Origin: Pyrinomonadaceae bacterium
GTDB lineage: Bacteria > Acidobacteriota > Blastocatellia > Pyrinomonadales > Pyrinomonadaceae
Assembly: GCA_036387235.1 (NCBI GenBank)
Contig: DASVUD010000028.1
Coordinates: forward strand, 3,129-27,128
Direction: 5' to 3'
DNA length: 24,000 nucleotides
Of this stretch, positions 1 to 6,711 are shown in pieces. Numbering within the stretch: the stretch's first letter is position 1; the number at the start of each line of letters is the position of its first letter. Under the pieces are notes generated by a model. That model was not told where the DNA came from and made no database searches. It was given only the letters and a program-made list of their open reading frames with translations. Both the position numbers and the translations under genes were made by a program.

Positions 1-2459
1 GGCTGGTCGCCGAGTCCGGCGAGGTCTGGGCGCAGTTGCACGTTCAACTGATCGACGCCGGGCATGTCGGTCGGCGTGTTGCTCCTGATCTCGGTCGTGC
101 CGGTCAGCGTGCGGTCGCCGATGCGGACGGTGATGGCGCTCACGGGTATGTTGCGGATGCCGGTCAGGAAGATGGCGAGCGTGGTCGGCGTCGCCGTGCC
201 CATCACGTCGGTCGTGACGGGGAAGCCTTCCGCCGGCTCGGCCATCAAGGTCATGTTGGTGACATTGAAGACGCTGGCGCGCGTCGGCGCGTCCGAACGG
301 GTGAAGATGTCGGGCTGCGCCGCGACCACCTGCAAGACGCTGCGTATGCTGCGGGCGGGCGCGTCGCCTTCCCGGATGGTGATGACCACAGGGTAAGTGC
401 TCGTGGCCGTCTGTGCGGCCAAGCCGACGGGGACGACGAACTGAATCTCCGTCGGGCTGACGAAGTAGAGACCGGCGGCGGCGTTGTTGATCGAGAGCGA
501 GACGCCGCCGAGTTCGACGGGCAGCGAGGGACGACGGCGCGATTCGGATGCGGCGTCGCAGGCCGTCTGCGGCTGGCAGATGCGCGTGGTGGTCGTGCCG
601 AAACGGACGCCGCCTTCCGTGGCGGGCGCGCGCACGATGCCGATCATGCCGGGCGCGAGTCCGGTGATGGGCGTCGCGGCGGGCGTCGGACTCGGCGTCG
701 GCGTGGGCGAAGCGGCGGGCGTCACCACGGGGCGCTCCGATGCGCCGGTGAAATAAGTGAGCGCGCTCGTCGAGGCGGGCGTGCTCGTTGCGCCCGCGGC
801 CGTCGGCACGAGGAGATAAAAGACTTCGGCCGTGACGGCGGCGGTTTCACCCGTCGCCGTGCCGTTGCCGCCGCCGAGTTCGCCGCTGTAGGTCAGGGCG
901 AGCCGCTCGGTGGTGTTGCTGACGAAGGCTTGGAGCGACGCCAGCGAACCGTTCGTGATGTTCGTCAGGCGCGCGAACGATTGCGCGGCCGTACTCGAGG
1001 GCGGAACGGGCGCGGCGTAAATTTGCTTGAAGGCGGTCGGGTTCAGCCCCGTCGCATCGGTGGGCGCGACGCGCGTGCCCGTGGCCGTGAAGTTGAGCGC
1101 CGAGGTGAAGACGAGCTGCGTGTTGTCGCCCGTTCCGGCGAAGGTGGGGAAGCGGAGCACATCCTCTTCGCCGTCCGCGGCCGAGCCGCGCGGCCCGACC
1201 TGAATGAACGTGTCGGTGGCGACGACGTAGACGAACATGCCGCGCACTGCTTGATTCGTGGTCGTATCGGCCTTCGGGTCGGTGGCGACTGACTCGAAAG
1301 CGACGAGGCGGCCGTCGCGGCTGACGCGCGGCCCCGGGTTGAGCAGGTTGACGAGGTCGTTCGGGTTGGTGCGGCGCGTGCGCGTGGCCTGTCTAAAGTC
1401 GCTGGTGATCGCGCCGTTGAAAGCGGTGACGAAGACTTCGGCGTTGCCGTCCGCGTTGGCGATGGTCACGTTCGCGTCGTTCGCGTCGCGGAGCGCGGTG
1501 GCGTTTGAGATGAAGGCGATGCGAGAGAGCGAGTCTTCCGCGCCGTCATCGGTCGAAGTGCCGCCGGAGATGCTCGGATTGTCGTTGAAGGTGAACGTGC
1601 CGGTGGTGTTCGTCACCTGCGTGAACGCGCCGGTGGCGGGCACGGCGGCGGCGTCCGAGGTGCGCGTCCAGGCGAAGATTTCCGGATTGGCGTCGGCGTT
1701 CTTCGCGGCCAGATCGCGCGTGGAGACGAAGACGATGCGCGAGGCGCGGTCGTTCGTTTGCGCGGCGCGGTTATCGTCGGCGACGATGGGTGCGCTCGAT
1801 GCCGTGCCCGCGACTGGGACGCGGCTCGCCGCCGTGTTGGTGATGCGCGTGAAAGCGTTCCGCCGCAAATTGACGTAGCCCGCATCGACGCCGCTGCGCA
1901 GGTCTACGGCCGTCACGTCGGGGATGCGATAGAGGAAAATCTCTTGATTGCCGTCGGCCTGAAGGGCGGTGCGGTTGGCGTCGCCGTCGAAACTGAAAGG
2001 GGTGTCGGCGTTTGAACTGAAGACGATGAAGCGCCCGTCGCGGCTGATGTAAGGGCGGTTGTTGCTCACCTCGACGGCGATGTTGCTGAAGTTGGTCAGC
2101 GTCGTGGGATTGATGGCCGGGGCGGCGGTGTCTTTGCGCGCGCTCGTCGTGCTGGTCAACTGGAAGATTCGGCGCTGCGCGTAATCGTAGAGAAAGATTT
2201 CGCGGTTGCCGTCGGCGTTGTTGACCGTTCTGGTGGTTTCGCCCGGAGCGAGAGTTGCCAGATCGCCCGTCGATTCGAAGACGACGAAGCGCCCGTTACC
2301 GCTGATGCCGCCAACGAAGGAGTTGGCGGTCGTCGAAGAGGTAACTTGCGCGAAGAACGAATCGGGCGTGGGTGTCGGCGTCGCCTGCGCGAAGGCCGAG
2401 GCGGCCGACAGGCAGACGAGCAGCAGGACAAACAAAAACAGGCGTAAAGCGTTTTTCAC
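1..2459 (-). CDS. Secreted TolB-like beta-propeller repeat protein with C-terminal Ig-like (TIGR03437/Solibacter-type) domains; C-terminus lies beyond the left edge
   Basis: Missing from the ORF track, consistent with having no stop inside the window. Reading the reverse complement from GTG at 2459 (GGAGA 6 nt upstream) gives MKNALRLFLFVLLLVCLSAASAFAQATPTPTPDSFF..., a signal peptide. Recurring blade motifs follow: GNGRFVVFES, DGNREIFLYD, RDGRFIVFSS, DGNQEIFLYR, RDGRLVAFES, typical of TolB/PD40 propellers. The distal part reads ...LPVELGGVSLSINNAAAGLYFVSPTEIQFVVP... and ...ITVRIGDRTLTG...PGVDQLNVQL.... The frame is still open at base 3. The + strand ORFs listed here (36..1292, 1258..1878) are Arg/Gly-rich shadows. 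Confidence 0.75.
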   Translation of the reverse strand, partial: MKNALRLFLFVLLLVCLSAASAFAQATPTPTPDSFFAQVTSSTTANSFVGGISGNGRFVVFESTGDLATLAPGETTRTVNNADGNREIFLYDYAQRRIFQLTSTTSARKDTAAPAINPTTLTNFSNIAVEVSNNRPYISRDGRFIVFSSNADTPFSFDGDANRTALQADGNQEIFLYRIPDVTAVDLRSGVDAGYVNLRRNAFTRITNTAASRVPVAGTASSAPIVADDNRAAQTNDRASRIVFVSTRDLAAKNADANPEIFAWTRTSDAAAVPATGAFTQVTNTTGTFTFNDNPSISGGTSTDDGAEDSLSRIAFISNATALRDANDANVTIANADGNAEVFVTAFNGAITSDFRQATRTRRTNPNDLVNLLNPGPRVSRDGRLVAFESVATDPKADTTTNQAVRGMFVYVVATDTFIQVGPRGSAADGEEDVLRFPTFAGTGDNTQLVFTSALNFTATGTRVAPTDATGLNPTAFKQIYAAPVPPSSTAAQSFARLTNITNGSLASLQAFVSNTTERLALTYSGELGGGNGTATGETAAVTAEVFYLLVPTAAGATSTPASTSALTYFTGASERPVVTPAASPTPTPSPTPAATPITGLAPGMIGIVRAPATEGGVRFGTTTTRICQPQTACDAASESRRRPSLPVELGGVSLSINNAAAGLYFVSPTEIQFVVPVGLAAQTATSTYPVVITIREGDAPARSIRSVLQVVAAQPDIFTRSDAPTRASVFNVTNMTLMAEPAEGFPVTTDVMGTATPTTLAIFLTGIRNIPVSAITVRIGDRTLTGTTEIRSNTPTDMPGVDQLNVQLRPDLAGLGDQ

Positions 2460-2572
2460 CGGGAAATCTCCAAATGAGGCCGAAACGGAATTGTTCATGA
2501 AATTCTTAAGATCGCCGCGCCCTTAGAGTCGTGCAGCGCACCGGCGGCCACGAAAGGCGAACGGGAACGGGC

Positions 2573-2602
2573 ATTCTAAGCGCAACGCACGTAAGAGAGC
2601 AA
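2573..2602 (-). promoter_or_regulatory. Candidate sigma70-type promoter for the TolB-like gene
   Basis: On the minus strand: TTGCTC (2602..2597), 18 nt spacer, TAGAAT (2578..2573). It lies about 110 nt upstream of the GTG start and downstream of the hairpin at 2619..2693. Sequence match only. Confidence 0.3.
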
Positions 2603-2618
2603 GTTAGGCAACAAAGCC

Positions 2619-2693
2619 GTGAATCGTAAATCGTCAATCGTAAATAGAGAAAAACCGTCTTCTTCTATTTACGATTGACGATTTACGATTCAC
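2619..2693. repeat. Palindromic heptamer-repeat hairpin element, copy A (perfect 30-bp stem, 15-nt loop); probable terminator behind the S8 protease gene
   Basis: 2619..2648 (gtgaatc gtaaatc gtcaatc gtaaata ga) is the exact reverse complement of 2664..2693. The loop is gaaaaaccgtcttct. The element starts 10 nt past the protease stop (2704..2706 on the minus strand). It is AT-rich within GC-rich DNA. Confidence 0.8.
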
Positions 2694-2703
2694 TTCTCTG
2701 CCC

Positions 2704-5700
2704 TCACGGTTGGCCGAAACGGAGACGATACTCGGCCGAGTTGAGAAACGCGTTGACCATTTCGCGGGGGCTGACGCCGCGGTTGAGCGCGTTCAAGTTG
2801 TCCTGATAGCCTTGCGGTTCGGGCGTGCGGCGCAGGTAGCCGTAGTATTGCACGGCGACGAAGGCGCTGTTGAACTCGGCGGCCTGCACCTGATCCGAAT
2901 CGGCGATGGCGCGCAAGACCTGAGCGCGCGTCAGGAAGTTCGCGTCGAGTTGATTGGTAAAGGTCGCGGCCGTGAACGTCACGCGCGTGCCGCTATCGGG
3001 CGTGGACGGATCGGGCGTCGTCACGGAAGCGAGACCGTAGCGCGCGAACAAGGTCTGGACAAACTGCGCGTTCGACAAGTTGGCGTAAGCGCTCGCAAAG
3101 TCCGTCCGGGCGGTGAAGTTGCGCGCGAAGGCGGCGCGGCGCGCATAGACCTCCTGCTCGGTCGCCCCGGCGACGAAGCTCATGTCCGAGACGATCTCCC
3201 TGTATTCGGGCAAGCGACCGAAAGCCACTTTGTAGAAGCGGAAGACGTAAGCGCCTTTCAGACGAAACTCCGGCGCGCCGAAGAAGGCCGCCGACACGGC
3301 GATGCGGTCGCAGTCGGTCACGACTGACGGGCCGGTGTGAATGTTCGGGCAGCGGTTCAGGACGGCCGACCACGGCTCGCCCGCTTCCGGCTCGCGCGAG
3401 AGGAAGTCGAGATACTGCTGCCGGACGAAGAACGGGATGGAGTTGACGACCGGGTTCGGCACTGTGCCCGCGTCGTTATCCGTAATGGTGACGGTGGCGA
3501 CGCCCGGCGCGCCGAGCGTTGTGCCCGTGCCGACGGCGTCGCTCAGTTGAAGCTGGAAAGTCTCCGCGCCTTCGACGTGTGCGTCGTCGATGAGGGGCAC
3601 GGTGATCTCTTTCTCGATCTCGCCGCGCGCGAAGTTGAGCGTGCCGACGGTGGTGGCGAAGTCGCAGCGGGCATATGCCCCGCCGTTGTTGTTCGTCGTG
3701 TCGGCGCAGCCGACGGTGAAGGTATCGCTGTCGGTGGTGCGGTAGTTAACCGTGACCGTGCCGGTCGTGTCGCCGCCGCGCACGACTCTGAACGTAACGC
3801 GCCCGTCGCCTTCGCTCACAGGGCTGCTGTTAAAGGCCAACTGGACGGTGTTCGGCCCGGTCGGCGCGTTCGAGGCGGCGGTAAAGTTAGCGCCCTGATC
3901 CGAGATCAGGTTGGCGATGGTGATGCTCGCGGGCGTGTAGGTGAAGTTCGGGTGCGAGGGCGTGATCGTGTAAGAGAGATTGGCGGTCAGGCCGGTGAAC
4001 GAATAGTTGCCGTTCAGGTCGGCCATCGTCACGGCGCTGCGGCCGCCGCTCAAAAAGATCGTGGCCGGCGCGCCCACGCCGTTCGCGTCCGTGACGCGCC
4101 CGCTGATGGAGAAAAGCTGCACGACGCGCGGCGAGAAGGTGACGGTCTGCGCGCTCGTCAGACTGATCGGCTGCGCGCCCGTGCCGGTCAGTTCGCGCGT
4201 GTGCGAGGCGACGACGTAAGCGTCCGGCTCGCCGCCCGAAATGCCGACCACGGGAAAGACGCGCGGATTGTCGCCGTAGCGCGTGATGATCGTGCCGTCG
4301 TTGCGCAGTTCGATCTCGAAGTTAACGTTCTGGCGCGGCGACAAAAACGTGACGCCCTGCCAGCGGAAGATGATGCGCGCGCCGTCGGGCTGGATGACGT
4401 AGACGCCGCTGTCGGGGCGAATCGTCGTGTTGATGTCGATGTCGTCCCACAAGCCCGCGATCATCGTCTGGCCTTGCAAACCTTCGACGGTGCTCGGCAC
4501 GTCGTCGGCGTCGAGGTTCTCGCGGCGCGGGGGCGTGGAGAAATAGAGGACGCCGTTCGTGGAGACGGTCAGGTTGGTGCGCTGCGTGCCGTAGAACGGG
4601 AAGGCGAAAGGCAGAGTGTAACCGGCGTACTTGTCGTCGCCCGTGACGATGCTCGACCCGGTGATGGGCGTGAGCGATTGCGCCGCGCCGAGCGTGACCG
4701 TGTAAGGATCGCTGCCCGTGTTGACGGGAATCGTCACGGCGACGGAAGCCGTGCTTGAGTTGCCCGCGTTGTCGTAGGCGCGCAGTTGGATCGTGCCGCT
4801 GAAGTTGCGGAAGGGCACGTCAACCGTGACGGTCTGCTGCGTGCCCGCCGGGGCGGGGACGAGTGTGGTGGGCAAGAGAGTTCTGGCCTGCCCCGTCGAG
4901 TTGACGAAGAAGAAGTCGTAGTCGGCCACCGTGCCCGCGTTGCCGTCGTCGCCCGGCGCAGTCCAGGCGAGCGTGACGCTACGCCCCGTTTGTCCTTCGA
5001 CGCGGAGGTTCGCGGCGGCGGCCGGTGCGGTTACGTCGTTTTCGAGCGCGCTCGCCATGGCGTTGGCAACATTCAAGCGGCGGCCGGTCGTCGTTCTGGT
5101 TTCGAGCGCGGAGATGCGGTCGCCGGTGAAGGCGAGCACGCCGCGCAGTTGCGCCGCCGTGATCGAAGGGTTGGCGGCGCAGATCAGGGCGGCCGCGCCC
5201 GCGACGTGCGGCGAAGACATCGAAGTGCCGCTGAAGAATGAGTAGGTGTTGTTGGGCGTCGTGCTGAGGATGCTCGAACCGGGAGCGCCGATGCTGACGA
5301 CGCGCGCGCCGAAGTTGGAGAAACTCGAAAGGAAGTCGTTGCTGTTGGTCGAAGCGACAGCGATGACGTTCGGCACGTCGTAGTTCGCGGGGTAATCGGG
5401 AAAGCTGAAATTGTCGCGCGCTTCGTTGCCGGCGGCGACGACGAAGAGGATGCCCGTGCTGTTGAGTTGGTTGATGGCGTCGAGCGCGGCCAGAGATTTT
5501 CCGGGGCCGCCGTAAGAGTTGTTCAGCACGCGCAGGTTGACGCCCGCCTGACGCAGGCGGCGCGCGTAGTTGTAACCGTTGATGATGTTGGCGACCGAGC
5601 CGCCCGTGGGGCCGAGCACCTTCATCGAGACGATGCTGACATCCCAGTTGACGCCCACGACGCCGAGGCTGTTGTTGCCCTTCGCGCCGATTGTCCCGGC

Positions 5701-6471
5701 GACGTGCGTGGCGTGGTCGTCGCCGTCTTCGTTGTCGAAGACCGTCCGGTCGTTGTGATGAAAGTCCCAACCGTTGATGTCGTCGATGAAGCCGTTGCCG
5801 TCGTCGTCAACGCCGTTGCCGGCCACTTCGCCGGGGTTCGTCCAGATGTTCGCGCTCAGGTCTTGATGGTTGACATCCACGCCGCCGTCGAGCACGCCGA
5901 TGACGACGCTCTTGCTGCCCGTCGTCGTGTCCCAAGCGGCGGGCGCGCCGATGCGGTTCAGGCCGTACAACTCGCCGCTCGTGTAGCGCGGGTCGTTCGG
6001 CGTGCGCGTGGCGTGCCAGATGTAGTTCGGCTCGGCGTAGAGCACGTCGGAGCGCGCGGCGAGTTCGGTGACGGCTTGGAGCGTGTGCGCCGGGTCGACT
6101 TTGGCGAGGCGCAAACCGCGCACCGTCTCCGAGCCGCCGAAACTTTCGATGCTGATTTCGCTCGCGTCCTCGGCCGCGCGCAAGGGGAGCGCGAGGGCTT
6201 CGGCCGTCTTGGCCGCCGTCTCCGTGCGGAAGCGGACGAGCACTTCGCCGGGCACGAACTCAGCGCCGTCGATGATGTTGGCCTGTCCTTTCGCCGGACT
6301 CTGCGAGCGTGTCGCACGTTCTTCTTCCTGCTGCGATGTGGACGCGGACGCGCCCGCGTTGAAGTAGGGCAGCGCGGCGACGGTGAAGGCGAATAAGCTG
6401 AGGGCTACAACGAAGAGGCGCGCATGACGCACGCGGGTGGATGATTTCCGGCCTAACGGGGAACGAAACAT
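2704..6471 (-). CDS. Secreted multidomain S8 (subtilisin-family) serine peptidase, 1255 aa
   Basis: Longest ORF in the window. ATG 6471 has GGAGA 8 nt upstream. Signal peptide: ARLFVVALSLFAFTVAALPYFNAGASA. Subtilase motifs: VIGVLDGGVD (Asp195), DDHATHVAGTIG (His253), NNSYGG (oxyanion Asn), FSGTSMSSPHVAGAAAL (Ser417). C-terminal modules: FN3-like (aa ~480-580); a FAFPFYG...IAGLWDDID module (aa ~613-745); a carboxypeptidase-regulatory-like sandwich (ISGRVTDANG...NGNYSF); Calx-beta-like (aa ~875-1000, ending VTITDND); two DUF4214-like segments (FFVRQQYLDFLSREPE, AVQYYGYLRRTPEPQGY). Confidence 0.95.
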   Translation of the reverse strand: MFRSPLGRKSSTRVRHARLFVVALSLFAFTVAALPYFNAGASASTSQQEEERATRSQSPAKGQANIIDGAEFVPGEVLVRFRTETAAKTAEALALPLRAAEDASEISIESFGGSETVRGLRLAKVDPAHTLQAVTELAARSDVLYAEPNYIWHATRTPNDPRYTSGELYGLNRIGAPAAWDTTTGSKSVVIGVLDGGVDVNHQDLSANIWTNPGEVAGNGVDDDGNGFIDDINGWDFHHNDRTVFDNEDGDDHATHVAGTIGAKGNNSLGVVGVNWDVSIVSMKVLGPTGGSVANIINGYNYARRLRQAGVNLRVLNNSYGGPGKSLAALDAINQLNSTGILFVVAAGNEARDNFSFPDYPANYDVPNVIAVASTNSNDFLSSFSNFGARVVSIGAPGSSILSTTPNNTYSFFSGTSMSSPHVAGAAALICAANPSITAAQLRGVLAFTGDRISALETRTTTGRRLNVANAMASALENDVTAPAAAANLRVEGQTGRSVTLAWTAPGDDGNAGTVADYDFFFVNSTGQARTLLPTTLVPAPAGTQQTVTVDVPFRNFSGTIQLRAYDNAGNSSTASVAVTIPVNTGSDPYTVTLGAAQSLTPITGSSIVTGDDKYAGYTLPFAFPFYGTQRTNLTVSTNGVLYFSTPPRRENLDADDVPSTVEGLQGQTMIAGLWDDIDINTTIRPDSGVYVIQPDGARIIFRWQGVTFLSPRQNVNFEIELRNDGTIITRYGDNPRVFPVVGISGGEPDAYVVASHTRELTGTGAQPISLTSAQTVTFSPRVVQLFSISGRVTDANGVGAPATIFLSGGRSAVTMADLNGNYSFTGLTANLSYTITPSHPNFTYTPASITIANLISDQGANFTAASNAPTGPNTVQLAFNSSPVSEGDGRVTFRVVRGGDTTGTVTVNYRTTDSDTFTVGCADTTNNNGGAYARCDFATTVGTLNFARGEIEKEITVPLIDDAHVEGAETFQLQLSDAVGTGTTLGAPGVATVTITDNDAGTVPNPVVNSIPFFVRQQYLDFLSREPEAGEPWSAVLNRCPNIHTGPSVVTDCDRIAVSAAFFGAPEFRLKGAYVFRFYKVAFGRLPEYREIVSDMSFVAGATEQEVYARRAAFARNFTARTDFASAYANLSNAQFVQTLFARYGLASVTTPDPSTPDSGTRVTFTAATFTNQLDANFLTRAQVLRAIADSDQVQAAEFNSAFVAVQYYGYLRRTPEPQGYQDNLNALNRGVSPREMVNAFLNSAEYRLRFGQP

Positions 6472-6711
6472 CTATTGATTCTCCTGCATGAAAAATGCGC
6501 CCGCTTTGTAGGTGTCGATGAACCGGCGCGCCTTATTGATTCGTCTAAAATGGCCTGAAAATTAGGAATTGTGGGGGCGTCCGTCGAAAGCTCTGAACAC
6601 AGCTTTTTTTGAACTACCTTCAGATGCCGCCGCGACGCCCAAAAGATGTACGCCCGCGCGATATTTTTCGGATTTTTGGCGGCTTTTTGCGCGTGCGGCG
6701 AGGGGCGCGAA

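Noticed and set aside
36-2526. Plus-strand ORFs 36..1292 (418 aa), 64..396, 484..756, 1258..1878, 1758..2015 and 2206..2526, and minus-strand ORFs 1613..1885 and 2156..2431
   Set aside because: Their translations are Arg/Gly/Ala/Pro-rich low-complexity strings typical of off-frame or antisense reading of GC-rich genes. A coherent signal-peptide propeller protein reads through the whole region in another minus-strand frame.
2710-6396. Long antisense or off-frame ORFs over the S8 protease gene (for example 3337..4758 at 473 aa, 5467..6396 at 309 aa, 4979..5770 at 263 aa)
   Set aside because: These are shadow ORFs. They have no motifs and extreme Arg/Asp/Gly content, and they are fully nested in a gene with an unambiguous subtilase catalytic triad.
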